A DNA stretch of 64,000 nucleotides from positions 259,142-323,141 of the forward strand of contig CBDCOJ010000032.1 in assembly GCA_965219695.1 (NCBI GenBank), written 5' to 3'. Below the pieces are notes generated by a model. It worked only from the letters and a program-made list of their open reading frames with translations, made no database searches and had not been told where the DNA came from. The position numbers were made by a program, and so were the translations under genes. Origin of the DNA: Candidatus Poribacteria bacterium (GTDB taxonomy: Bacteria > Poribacteria > WGA-4E > WGA-3G). Below are positions 21,656 through 32,077 of the stretch, piece after piece (within the stretch, counting starts at the first letter, position 1; each line of letters begins with the position of its first letter).

Positions 21656-22684
21656 TCACTTTTTCAGTTTCCCCCACGTCACTTTTTTTTTACCTTGCGG
21701 GGAGACCGATAACACATCATCGCTTATCCAATCTATTGTCTGATCCCACCCTGGATCGTTTGTCAGCTGCGTGATTTCACGGGTTTTGATATGATACTTA
21801 TAGACATAGCACGGCGGGAAATCAATAGCACCGAGTATCAGTTTACCTATAGGCATGCCAGCCCGTGCAGTGAAAACAACCGATTTGCCGTCATCCATCC
21901 AGTCAATGCCATAGCATATCCAGTCTCTCGGTATAGAGAGTTTCCGGAGGTTACCACTGGCGCGATCGTAAATCATATACCGAAACGCTTTGTAGATAAG
22001 CCCGTTGCCAACATTGGGCACCTGTTTTTGTTTCTGTTCTCTTTCTGTGAACACAACTTGCTGACCGTTCGGCGACCAACGCGGTCGTGCTCGGTAAATA
22101 CGAAAGTTGTCCCGTTGCGGACCCGGATTCAGTATAAGCTCACGGGGTTTATGTCCATCCGCACCCATTATCCAAATCGTGCTACTTCTGCCAGGACTGA
22201 TAGGCTCCGCAAAGAGAATATGCCGACCATCCGGCGACCAATCGCAGAAACTCACACTCATATCCGATATGACTTTCCGCTTCCCTGTCTCAATATTCAG
22301 CACTTCTACGCTTGATTTCTGCTTGTCATTTTCTGTCCAAAGTCTATCATAAACGATAAATTGACCGTCCGGTGAAAATGAACATTTACCGATATAGCTC
22401 CCATCGTTTTCTGTCAGTTGCCGAATGCTGGTGCCGTCTGGATCCATCAAGTAAATAACCCTTCTATTCTTAAACAGAATCCGTGTGCCATCGGGAGACC
22501 AACTCCATGGATGGGCACCGAATAATGTGTCTTTGACGAGGAGTGTCTGGTTGCTCCCATCATCGTCCATTACGTAGACACCATTCACACCGTTGCGTTC
22601 TGAGCTGAAAACGATTTTGGCATGCGCTGCGGTAGACACAAGCAATAGAACTAAACAGAGCAAACAGACTTTTCGTGTGTTCAT
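21656..22684 (-). CDS. Exported TolB-like (PD40) beta-propeller protein, paralog 2 (start at MNTRKV)
   Basis: Highly similar to 20538-21566; same C-terminal motif. Confidence 0.85.
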   Translation of the reverse strand: MNTRKVCLLCLVLLLVSTAAHAKIVFSSERNGVNGVYVMDDDGSNQTLLVKDTLFGAHPWSWSPDGTRILFKNRRVIYLMDPDGTSIRQLTENDGSYIGKCSFSPDGQFIVYDRLWTENDKQKSSVEVLNIETGKRKVISDMSVSFCDWSPDGRHILFAEPISPGRSSTIWIMGADGHKPRELILNPGPQRDNFRIYRARPRWSPNGQQVVFTEREQKQKQVPNVGNGLIYKAFRYMIYDRASGNLRKLSIPRDWICYGIDWMDDGKSVVFTARAGMPIGKLILGAIDFPPCYVYKYHIKTREITQLTNDPGWDQTIDWISDDVLSVSPQGKKKVTWGKLKK

Positions 22685-22706
22685 GGCGATACCCCTCAAA
22701 AAGTGT

Positions 22707-22729
22707 GGCAGGGGCACGTGTCCCCTGCC
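22707..22729 (-). terminator. Hairpin plus U-tract directly upstream of the RBS of paralog 2
   Basis: GGCAGGGG/CCCCTGCC stem; minus-strand TTTTT before GAGGGG. Confidence 0.55.
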
Positions 22730-22740
22730 GTCAAAATCGG

Positions 22741-23541
22741 TTATTGATTATCGTCTTCCGTAAACTCATGCGTCCACGCATTATTCTCTTCGTGCCACAC
22801 AATGCCACCCGCTTCCAGGTGAACATGCGCATTTAGCTTAATCCGTTGCCCCTCACCTATATCTCCGCCGACGGAATAATTGATCATTGAAGACCCGTAA
22901 CTACTATAGGTTCCACCCTCCTTGGGCAGTGATTTGTTGGGACGCGGGTCCTCTCTCGTCCATAGCGTTTCACCAGTATCTACGTCGAATCGCGTATGTC
23001 GGTAGAAGGAAGAGGCATATAAGTCTACCTTTGTCTTGTTACGGGCAAAGACAGATCCGTCCACGACTATATTTTGTCCGTCGTGATAGTGACGATAGAG
23101 ATCGACGGAGCCGTAGACCCCATCGCCGCGTTTATTCTTGGCTATCCCCCGGGGATATACTGTGCCGGAGATGGTTTTCGGTGCAAACACCCGGAATGTA
23201 TACGAATCGCTATCCGATACATCATCATCACCCCAGAACCAGACCTCTGCTTCTATCGTATGTTTATTGCCTTTTATGTCACCTGTGAACGTGAAACCCT
23301 GAGAGACAAAGCGCGTGCCTTTCTCATGCATCGTCCACTGGTTTACGGTCCCGTCTACAGACCATTTAACATACTGTATACCTGCATCTGTGTTCACATA
23401 AGCCGTCGCATTTGCACCACTGCCATAATCCGTATCGGCATATACATACATATACGTGATAGAGCCTGCATAACTATTGATAACAAAACACAAGCAAAGT
23501 AGCATCACAAGGGCGATGCCGATTGATTTCAATCTGAACAT
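22741..23541 (-). CDS. Exported hypothetical protein with Ig-like beta domain
   Basis: Signal peptide (..NSYA); beta-strand rich; AGGAG RBS. Confidence 0.7.
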   Translation of the reverse strand: MFRLKSIGIALVMLLCLCFVINSYAGSITYMYVYADTDYGSGANATAYVNTDAGIQYVKWSVDGTVNQWTMHEKGTRFVSQGFTFTGDIKGNKHTIEAEVWFWGDDDVSDSDSYTFRVFAPKTISGTVYPRGIAKNKRGDGVYGSVDLYRHYHDGQNIVVDGSVFARNKTKVDLYASSFYRHTRFDVDTGETLWTREDPRPNKSLPKEGGTYSSYGSSMINYSVGGDIGEGQRIKLNAHVHLEAGGIVWHEENNAWTHEFTEDDNQ

Positions 23542-23688
23542 TATATTTCTCCTTTAATATTCTGTTGACATGCTATCCAAAGCATATCGTATCAAACATT
23601 TATCAATCTCTGGATGCTATTTGCGTCCAGAGATCATTCTGATTTTGACAGACCCCAAAGGAGATGTTGGCAGGAAAAAATGAAAAGT

Positions 23689-23938
23689 CTAAGCTGCTGT
23701 CAACTCTAACCTTTCGGGCTCGCTGGTTTCCATAATTCCATAGCAGCAAATTTAAGTCTGTGCTAAAATGAAAACCAGCCCTGTCATACCTATACTATGG
23801 CATGGCTACGCGCTGATTGTGCTTTTGTGGTAATTAGCACTGTCGGCGCGCCCCCACTCGGGGGTGAACGTGCCCTGGTGCAATACACGCGTTCCGTGCA
23901 TTCCTAACACCTTAGTGTAAAGTCTACTCAACTTTACA
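23689..23938. ncRNA. Candidate structured RNA (unknown family)
   Basis: At least six stems read by eye, within a possible closing CTAAG/CTTAG pair. Confidence 0.35.
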
Positions 23939-24112
23939 AAAAATGTCCACTACTTTTTAAGTAATTTCTGACATTTTGAATATTATACCACTTTTACACT
24001 TTTTGTGTTTTTTGTGCATTTTTTGTATATTGTATGTGGGACTTACGCAATTTATGCATTTTCAAGTGTTAAAGCGTTCAAAAACAGAACGTCTCTGGGA
24101 GAAATAAGTAAA

Positions 24113-24142
24113 TTGACGCAACGGCATAATATATGATAAAAT
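24113..24142 (+). promoter_or_regulatory. Putative sigma70 promoter
   Basis: TTGACG-18 bp-TAAAAT with TG extension. Confidence 0.5.
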
Positions 24143-24164
24143 TCTAAAGAAATCATAGGGAAAA

Positions 24165-25145
24165 ATGATGAAAGCAATTACGAGAAATGGCGATGGAGGA
24201 CCAGAAGTCCTACAACTAAGCGAAGTGTCCCCACCTCAGCCGACAGAAACACAACTACTGGTCAATGTTAAGGCAACTGCTCTTAATCGTTTGGACTTAA
24301 TACAACGGCGCGGAGGTTATCCACCACCGCCAGGGGAATCTGAAATACTCGGTTTAGAAATTGCTGGCACGGTGTCAGCAATGGGAAAGGATGTTACAGG
24401 ATTTAACGAAGGTGATCAAGTATTCGGACTCGTAGGTGGCGGAGGCTATGCGGAACAAGCGGTTATAGATTATCGCATGGCGATGTTTATACCAGACGGA
24501 TGGAATTTTGAAGATGCTGCTGCCGTACCAGAGGTGTTTTTTACTGCAAATGAGAACATCTTTACATTAGGGCGACTTTCCGCGGGTGAGACTATTCTAA
24601 TTCATGCAGGTGGTAGTGGGGTTGGTACTGCAGGTATTCAGATAGCGTGTCATGCTGGTGCGCGTGTGTTTGTTACTGCAGGGACCTCCGACAAAATTGA
24701 TAACTGCCAGACGTTGGGAGCTATAACGGGTATTAACTATAAACAATCTGATTTTGTTGCTGAAATTGAAAGGTTAACAGATGGAGAAGGTGTAGATGTC
24801 GTGTTAGATTTTATTGGTGCGCCATATCTCGCGCGGAACTTGCAGATTCTCAAAACAAAAGGACGTTTATTACAAGTAGGATTGATGGGCGGTTCGACTA
24901 CAGAAATAGACTTAGGGATGATAATGCGTAAACGTCTTCAGATTATTGGATCCGTAATGCGTCCACAATCGCTTGATGAAAAAATTTCTATCACGCAGCG
25001 ATTTGTCCAACGTTGGTTGCCGGCGTTAAAGGAAGGGACACTTCAACCTGTTATTGATTCTGTATATCCTTTAGCACAGGTTCGTGAAGCACACCAATAT
25101 ATGGAAGCGAATCGAAATTTTGGAAAGATAATTTTGAAAATATAG
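24165..25145 (+). CDS. NAD(P)H-quinone oxidoreductase, PIG3 family
   Basis: ALNRLDLIQRRGGYPPPPG, GLEIAG, HAGGSGVG, NFGKIIL. Confidence 0.9.
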   Translation: MMKAITRNGDGGPEVLQLSEVSPPQPTETQLLVNVKATALNRLDLIQRRGGYPPPPGESEILGLEIAGTVSAMGKDVTGFNEGDQVFGLVGGGGYAEQAVIDYRMAMFIPDGWNFEDAAAVPEVFFTANENIFTLGRLSAGETILIHAGGSGVGTAGIQIACHAGARVFVTAGTSDKIDNCQTLGAITGINYKQSDFVAEIERLTDGEGVDVVLDFIGAPYLARNLQILKTKGRLLQVGLMGGSTTEIDLGMIMRKRLQIIGSVMRPQSLDEKISITQRFVQRWLPALKEGTLQPVIDSVYPLAQVREAHQYMEANRNFGKIILKI

Positions 25146-25151
25146 TCTCTT

Positions 25152-25433
25152 GTAGGAGGGCTTTGTAAGCCCGATTTATTCCCCCAAGGTAGGCGCGTTT
25201 TGTAAACGCGCCGTTTATAGTTTCTTATTTATGTATCGGTGCGTTTACATGAAGATTAATTTATTAATTCGGTAATTTTCTGTCCGCACGAGGTGGATTT
25301 ACTTCCCCTGCTGGCGAGGTTTCCTAACCTCGCTAAATTACCGATTTATTTTCTTAAACTTCATCAAAACGCACCTACCAGGGTGGCGAACCGCTAAATT
25401 GACAGTTATGGTGCGGTTTGAAATCGCGTCTAT
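25152..25433. mobile_element. REP cluster with a MITE (25249-25364) inserted into the loop of a REP
   Basis: GGTGCGTTTAC[ATGAAG...CTTCAT]CAAAACGCACCTACC, compared with the intact REP at 19581. Confidence 0.8.
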
Positions 25434-25556
25434 CGCAGCATATATAAGAATTACAGATTACTAAATTCACATTTTTTGAAGAAAACTAAATCGGTTTGCA
25501 ACTAAAAACTAAATCATCGCATCTCAACATTATATCGTTTTTAAGGTTTAATAATA

Positions 25557-28500
25557 ATGCTCTCAAATGAACATTGGAATAGGAGATCAGTAAATCTTAT
25601 TGTGAACGTCTTGTCGGTCACAATACAGAGATTTTTGAAAGTGTCTATCAGAATTTCAGTGCGTGCTATGTGTGTGTGCTGTCTCATTTTTGCATCGGTT
25701 CTGTTAGTTTTTAGTGTTGCTGCAATTGCTGAAGTGACGCAAGTGACCACTGCAGATGGCATTACAATAAATTTCAAACTTCCACAACTTCACGTTGCGC
25801 AAGTTAAGCCAGATACCGAATTTAAAAGTGTGGAGGCAGCTGGTGTATACCATACGGTAAGATATTCAGAGTGCGATTGGATTCGAGAACCCGGGCACCC
25901 CAAATTGCCCGTCACGCGTGTTCTGTTAGCTATTCCTTCCGATGCCCGATTAAGCAACGCGGATATTTCTGTTAATACAGGTGCTACACAAACTCGCAGC
26001 GGTGTGAAACTTCTCCAAGTCCAAGATAGAAAAGGTGTGAACCTTAATACCAGTTCCAAACTGTATCCGGCAGTCCTTGCCCGCATAGAGATGGATGGGT
26101 CCATTCGTTCCCAACGCGTCATTAGTTTGGCTTTACATCCAGTACATTATAATGCCGCAACGCGTGAACTTCGCTCTTATAGTGGTCTCACCGTTTTCAT
26201 TCCTTTTAATTCACAATTGAAAACTCGTGCGCCGGACACTGCATTCAATTCAGCATCCGCAAGTTTTAATCAGACTCTATCTCCTTTTAAACGAACTTTT
26301 ACACAGCACATTTTCAACTACTCGGACTATCGTCAGGTTTTCAATGTTGATTTGGAAAGAGCACAAGCTTTCGGGAACCGTATAGGATCGCTTCCATCTG
26401 CTCCTGCGGCACCAGGGCGTACAGATAAATCAATTCAGACCCGTTATAAACTTTATATTCATGAAACGGGTATATATAAAGTTACTGCGGCATCTCTCCG
26501 GACCGATTGGGGCATTGACCTGATAGGTGTTGATCCACGAAAAATTCGTCTCACACACGGAGACCAAGAAATTCCTATCTACGTCAGTGGAGCGGTAGAT
26601 GGCAGCTTTGACGCAAAGGATGCAATCTTTTTCTTAGCGCACAGCTCTACTGATCCCGAAAGTCCTTTTCCCAAGAATGCGTATACATTATGGAACGTAT
26701 ATTGGCTGAGTATTGCTGCTGAAGGACAACATTCTGTGCGGGTGCCGCAAATTGAAGCGAGTCCCAGCGATGCAACGGCAGTTCAAGTTCCAACCTTTCG
26801 ATCGCGCGTTGTTTTTGAGGAGGATCATCTTAGCAACAATCTTGAATTTGTTGATCCTGACACAGTCGCTGCTGGTGATAAACACGGGTGGTTTGATGCT
26901 TTAGATTTTTGGTACTGGGACGGTATCAAAAATGCAAGCGATATCGGAGAACTACGACTTGATTTTCCACTCTATGACGTTGCGAAAAGTTTTGATCCGC
27001 CACAGATACAGGTTGTTCTACAAGGTGGCACGCCTGTAATGCATGAAGTCTTGGCATCTATTAATGGTGTTCAGATTGAGCGCACAATGTGGGAAAATCA
27101 GGCACAAGTGACTCTTTCAAAGAGTCTCCGTGTTTGGAATAACCTCAAAGATGCGGCACAAGGTGAAACAAACGTTCTATCTTTAACACGTATTGACGAC
27201 ACTTTTGAAGAGGACACAACCCGTTATCCGTATCATATTTATCTCAACCGATTTTGGGTTGATTATACGCGTCTCTTTTTTGCTGTGAACGATCAACTCC
27301 GTTTTGGCACTCCCGTCAAGGCAAGCCAAGACGAGGAAAATAAAGGTGTTACACATCAGTTTCGGATTGATGCTTTCTTCGATCCACAGATTTCTGTTTT
27401 TGAAACGGATGGGAATACGCTTACGGCAAAACTTCAAGGCGTTGATGTTACGAGACGTGCAACCGATGATAACATGCGCGCGCGTCTCAGAGCATTGAGG
27501 TCTGGGGACCTCAGATCTGTACCAAATAGTACCTACACAGCAACTTTTCAGATACCGGATACCCGATCAACCAAGTTTATAGCGGTATCAAATACCGCAC
27601 TTCGCAAACCTGTTCAGATTGAAACCGTGCCACCAAGCGATTTACGAAACCCATTGAACGGTGCAGACTACCTCATCTTAACACATTCCAGATTTCGAGA
27701 GGCAGCCGAAAGATTAGCAAATTGGCGATCAACAACAGGAGGGGGTGGATACCGAACCAAAGTTGTTGATATAACCGATGTTTACAACACTTTTGGTGAT
27801 GGAAAAGTTCATCCGGTCTGGATAAAAGATTTTCTAAGATATGCATACCAAAATTGGGCTGCACCAGCACTTTCGTATGTGGTGTTCCTCGGCGATGGCA
27901 CGTTTGATTTTCGGGGTATAGATAAAAAAATATATCTTGAACCGCCAGAACTTTCAGGCTATATACCGCCTCACTATATTACAACTGATTCCTTCGGTAG
28001 AACTTCGGCAGACCATTGGTATGCTACAGTTTCGGGACACGATGAATTTGTTGATTTTTATCTCGGCAGGCTAAGCGTTGAAACTGAGGTGGAAGCTAAA
28101 GGTATTGTTGACAAGATTATCAATTATGAAGCACAACCATCTAATGGGGCATGGAGACGCCGAATTATATCTGTTGCCGATGATGAGGTGAGCAATTCGG
28201 GGGACCATATCTTTAAAAAGAGTCTCAATGAAATTGCCAAAGATCATACACGACTCGGCTACGAAACTGTTGAAATTTATCTTGAAGATATCATAGATGA
28301 AGTTGAAGCGAATCCGGAACAATTCCCTGGGAAACTTCCTCGACACGTAGCAAAAGAGAGAATTATTAATGCTTTAGGCCAAGGATCTGCCATTGCACAG
28401 TACGCAGGGCACGGTGGACGAATCGTTTGGGCACACGAATCCATCTTTGATAACGCCTCCATTGATAAAATTGAAGAGACTGGGAATCTACCTTTTATGT

Positions 28501-31500
28501 TGGTGTTGAGTTGTTATAACGGATATTTTGACAAACCAGGTGAACCGAGCATGGCGGAAAAATTGCTCCGTAAAGAGAGAGGTGGTATCATCGGAATGCT
28601 GAGTGCCACACGACTCACTTACGGCGACGGCAACGAGGATCTAAACCGAATTATCTTTGATATGCTATTCCAACGCGATATCCGACAAATCGGTCCTCTC
28701 AGTTTTGATTCTAAACTTGAATATCTCCTGACACAAGGCACATCGCAGCTTGATATTATGCTTGAATATACGCTTTTTGGTGATCCCGCGATGCAGATCG
28801 CTATGGCAGATTATGAAATCCTTCCTATAATTGAGACAAAGACGGTTAAAGCAGGCGATAAACTCAAGATCGCATCTGGGTTCATTCAAACTGCACGCTA
28901 CGATGCTGAAACGAACAAGAAGGTTTTTACACGTAATACCAATTTTGATGGAGAATTAACAGTAAAAGTTATTTTTCCCGGACAACAATCTGTTGGTGTT
29001 GATAAAACCGGTGCCCGAAGGGAGTTCTACTCCGGTGATGTGCTTGTTACAAAGACGCTACAAGTGAAGCGCGGTAGTTATCCTGAAGTTGCAATAGATG
29101 TGCCAGAAAACATTTCACCGGGCGATGCACACGTAGAATATTATGCAGAAAACGCTACCGAAATTGCTGTTGGAGGTGACGGCTTCACTGTTGAAGTGCC
29201 GAAAATACTTGACATAAAAACCCAGTTGGTTAAAACCTCAACCGGAGAGGAGGTGGTTGATATCTCTGTAAGCATCTCTGACGATGAAAACGCTGTAGCT
29301 TCTGTTGTGTTAGAGTGGCGAAATCCGGAAACACACACGTGGGAAAAGGTTCCCTTAGAACCTGTCGAAATAGATACTGAATCAGAATCTAAAGCGAGGT
29401 GGTGGAAACTTCCGGCACCTTTACCTGCTCCAACTGATGGTTCTGCTTTTCGATACGATTTTGAAGTTACGGATACTGATGGGTTTGTTGTACAGTCCGA
29501 TTATTACCGATTCTATCCGTATAAATATCCGAATCTTTCAGTGGTTTCTAAACGTAGAGAAAAAGTTGGACAGATCAGTTATAAGTTGAGCGATCCTGAA
29601 GATGCTGCACGGGGGCGTTCTTTGTTCGCTGATATTGAAGTTGTGGGGTCTACTAATCCTAACGATGATATTGTTTCTGACAACGATATGATTTCAGCAC
29701 TTGGACTCTCCGATGTTGGTATAGAAGTAGCCTTTTTTAGTGGCAATCCTGACATAGACGGAAATCGTATCGTTGATGCTGACGCTAATCTACTTGGTAA
29801 AACACAAATAAAACCAGACGACTGGGTTGTCCGAAATCCGTTGATTCAAAAGTCCAACGCTTATGCACCTGATCCGCTCAATACCAATCCTATCGCGACT
29901 GTTGCTATTCCAATATCTCTACGTAGCGGCATACACGATGTGTTTGTCTATGTCGATCCTATCTTTAGTGATAGCGATGCGGATCAACATGGAACGGTCC
30001 GAGAAAATTATGAGCAAGATAATATAGGGTATAGGCAGATTACTGTTTCTGGGAACATAATTGGGGAAGTACCCACGCGAGTTGCCAGTGTTGATGGCGG
30101 CATCCACATCGTAACACCCGCGGGTGTTGTCCAAGAAAAATCTTCATTCCTCAATGTTCTCCCGATAGTTTCAGATGCCGTTGACGCAGAGTCCGACTAC
30201 TTTATTGGCGGTACAGGAGAGGCAAGGAGTACCACATCAGAACTACCGCTTCCTATTATCGGAAGTGAACGAAAAGACAATCTAAAAACAGGAATGCTTT
30301 TTCCAGTTACATTACCAACACATTCATCCCTACTCGGTTACACACTACACTTAAACCAAACTGAATCTGATGATCTTTGGAATTCTTTTAAACTTCAAGC
30401 ACCGGTTGCGGTTGAGCTGGATTTTGATTTTACGGCACTACAACAAGAGGTAGTAAGAGAGCTTTTTGGAAGTGAGATGGATGTGTCAGACGAGATGCCT
30501 GCTATAGATGAAACCCTTAGTGCTGCCGTAGAGGTGCGAGCACGGAATATAGGCGCATATCTTTGGCTCAATACTTTAGCTAACTGGACACGGCTTGATT
30601 CTGAAATTAAAAGGCGTCCCAATGGCGACATCTATACGGCTACCCGCGCCACCCAAATCCAGAACGATAACGCCAGTGATGGTAGAATTAGAGAAGTTGT
30701 TATTTCGTCCGAGGGTGCTGAAATAGGCCACTGGATAGTCCTTTTTGAGACTGCGCGGACCTATAGATTGCTTTTTATACCTGAAGAATCTGATCAGGGA
30801 GTGCCGTTAGATAATCTTCAATTAGAAGAAATTGAGAGCGGAATTCCCATCACGTTTTTTAATAATAATTTCGGCACAACATCCCAAAACGCTCTTTCCG
30901 GGTTTACGATTGACTTTGAAGATGGAGAAACCCCTTTTCAATTCGGTGATGTGTTACGCTTCAGTGTCACGCAAATTGAAGTGCCGGGTGAACAGAGCGA
31001 CGAATTTTATACATCCTCTTTTACCAGTAGGAACAGAGGGGACGGAGCAGTCCAATATCTTGAGTTGCCACCAGAGACAACAATTCCACAAGATACTTGG
31101 CTTATCATGTTTGTTTCCGCAACGGAGTTTCAGATTGAAGGAAAAAATACCGGGGTTTTAACAAAGAATGGAGAGCCGATGTATGGCACAGTCGGTAAAC
31201 CTTTTGAACACAGTGATTATGGGTTGAATCTGCTAATAACACAGGGGCCCAGGCCCTTTACTGCAGGTGATCGGTTCTTGTTTGAAACCACTACGGTGGG
31301 AACAATTCAAGCAAAAACTTCATATTTAGGCACAGTTACTTGTCTCCGGAGTGAAGATACGATGCCTCCTGACATTCAGTTAACGATTGGTAACCAACAA
31401 CACTTTACTTCTGGTGCCTCGGTTGATGCAGCACCGCTTATCCAAGCAACGCTCACTGATGCGCGTGGTATTGATTATATCACACGTCCTGTTCAACTTG

Positions 31501-31997
31501 CATTAGGAAGATTTGGAGAATTTGAAACTATAGCCGAAACTGAATATAAACTCACACAGCATCCAGGTTCAACACAACTCATTTTGACATACAATTCTCC
31601 TGAACTTGAACCTCGCGAATACCAGCTCCGACTCACAGCGAGTGACCTTGATGGAAATGAAGGGGAGAGTGAGATTACCTTTCAGGTGCATGGCACACTT
31701 CAATTGGTAGAACCTTTGAATTACCCGAACCCGTTTACACGGGATACTACAGTGACCTGTGAGTTGACAAAACCCGCTGAGTCACTCACTGTGAAAATAT
31801 ATACCGTTACCGGCAGACTCATTAGAGAATTAAAAACTGAGGCGCCCGCTGGATTTATAAAGCTTGAGTGGGATGGTAAAAATGATGATGGCAACGAGGT
31901 TGCTAATGGGGTTTATTTTGGAAAAATAATAGTTAAAAGTGATGATGAGGATGAAGATGACCAGACGCACATTTTGAAAATGATGAAATTGAAATAG
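25557..31997 (+). CDS. Large C25 (gingipain/PorU-like) cysteine peptidase with propeptide and C-terminal FlgD-Ig/CTD-like domain (start uncertain)
   Basis: PGHPKLPV propeptide motif; GADYLIL, YVVFLGDGTFD, LGRL, YAGHG (His), SCYNGYFD (Cys), YTLFGDP; C-terminal NYPNPF..IYTVTGRLIR..WDGKN..VANGVY. Confidence 0.85.
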   Translation: MLSNEHWNRRSVNLIVNVLSVTIQRFLKVSIRISVRAMCVCCLIFASVLLVFSVAAIAEVTQVTTADGITINFKLPQLHVAQVKPDTEFKSVEAAGVYHTVRYSECDWIREPGHPKLPVTRVLLAIPSDARLSNADISVNTGATQTRSGVKLLQVQDRKGVNLNTSSKLYPAVLARIEMDGSIRSQRVISLALHPVHYNAATRELRSYSGLTVFIPFNSQLKTRAPDTAFNSASASFNQTLSPFKRTFTQHIFNYSDYRQVFNVDLERAQAFGNRIGSLPSAPAAPGRTDKSIQTRYKLYIHETGIYKVTAASLRTDWGIDLIGVDPRKIRLTHGDQEIPIYVSGAVDGSFDAKDAIFFLAHSSTDPESPFPKNAYTLWNVYWLSIAAEGQHSVRVPQIEASPSDATAVQVPTFRSRVVFEEDHLSNNLEFVDPDTVAAGDKHGWFDALDFWYWDGIKNASDIGELRLDFPLYDVAKSFDPPQIQVVLQGGTPVMHEVLASINGVQIERTMWENQAQVTLSKSLRVWNNLKDAAQGETNVLSLTRIDDTFEEDTTRYPYHIYLNRFWVDYTRLFFAVNDQLRFGTPVKASQDEENKGVTHQFRIDAFFDPQISVFETDGNTLTAKLQGVDVTRRATDDNMRARLRALRSGDLRSVPNSTYTATFQIPDTRSTKFIAVSNTALRKPVQIETVPPSDLRNPLNGADYLILTHSRFREAAERLANWRSTTGGGGYRTKVVDITDVYNTFGDGKVHPVWIKDFLRYAYQNWAAPALSYVVFLGDGTFDFRGIDKKIYLEPPELSGYIPPHYITTDSFGRTSADHWYATVSGHDEFVDFYLGRLSVETEVEAKGIVDKIINYEAQPSNGAWRRRIISVADDEVSNSGDHIFKKSLNEIAKDHTRLGYETVEIYLEDIIDEVEANPEQFPGKLPRHVAKERIINALGQGSAIAQYAGHGGRIVWAHESIFDNASIDKIEETGNLPFMLVLSCYNGYFDKPGEPSMAEKLLRKERGGIIGMLSATRLTYGDGNEDLNRIIFDMLFQRDIRQIGPLSFDSKLEYLLTQGTSQLDIMLEYTLFGDPAMQIAMADYEILPIIETKTVKAGDKLKIASGFIQTARYDAETNKKVFTRNTNFDGELTVKVIFPGQQSVGVDKTGARREFYSGDVLVTKTLQVKRGSYPEVAIDVPENISPGDAHVEYYAENATEIAVGGDGFTVEVPKILDIKTQLVKTSTGEEVVDISVSISDDENAVASVVLEWRNPETHTWEKVPLEPVEIDTESESKARWWKLPAPLPAPTDGSAFRYDFEVTDTDGFVVQSDYYRFYPYKYPNLSVVSKRREKVGQISYKLSDPEDAARGRSLFADIEVVGSTNPNDDIVSDNDMISALGLSDVGIEVAFFSGNPDIDGNRIVDADANLLGKTQIKPDDWVVRNPLIQKSNAYAPDPLNTNPIATVAIPISLRSGIHDVFVYVDPIFSDSDADQHGTVRENYEQDNIGYRQITVSGNIIGEVPTRVASVDGGIHIVTPAGVVQEKSSFLNVLPIVSDAVDAESDYFIGGTGEARSTTSELPLPIIGSERKDNLKTGMLFPVTLPTHSSLLGYTLHLNQTESDDLWNSFKLQAPVAVELDFDFTALQQEVVRELFGSEMDVSDEMPAIDETLSAAVEVRARNIGAYLWLNTLANWTRLDSEIKRRPNGDIYTATRATQIQNDNASDGRIREVVISSEGAEIGHWIVLFETARTYRLLFIPEESDQGVPLDNLQLEEIESGIPITFFNNNFGTTSQNALSGFTIDFEDGETPFQFGDVLRFSVTQIEVPGEQSDEFYTSSFTSRNRGDGAVQYLELPPETTIPQDTWLIMFVSATEFQIEGKNTGVLTKNGEPMYGTVGKPFEHSDYGLNLLITQGPRPFTAGDRFLFETTTVGTIQAKTSYLGTVTCLRSEDTMPPDIQLTIGNQQHFTSGASVDAAPLIQATLTDARGIDYITRPVQLALGRFGEFETIAETEYKLTQHPGSTQLILTYNSPELEPREYQLRLTASDLDGNEGESEITFQVHGTLQLVEPLNYPNPFTRDTTVTCELTKPAESLTVKIYTVTGRLIRELKTEAPAGFIKLEWDGKNDDGNEVANGVYFGKIIVKSDDEDEDDQTHILKMMKLK

Positions 31998-32077
31998 CCA
32001 TCGGCAGTTGGCACTCAGCAGTCGGTTTTCTGATCAAACTTTTACGAAAACTGACCGCTGATAGTCTTTTAGAAATT

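Noticed and set aside
20538-22684. Diversity-generating retroelement template/variable repeat pair
   Set aside because: Differences are spread over whole genes and are not adenine-specific; no reverse transcriptase in the window
23689-23938. Known riboswitch (lysine, c-di-GMP) or group II intron domain V
   Set aside because: The conserved sequence signatures of these families were not found by eye; kept only as an unknown candidate
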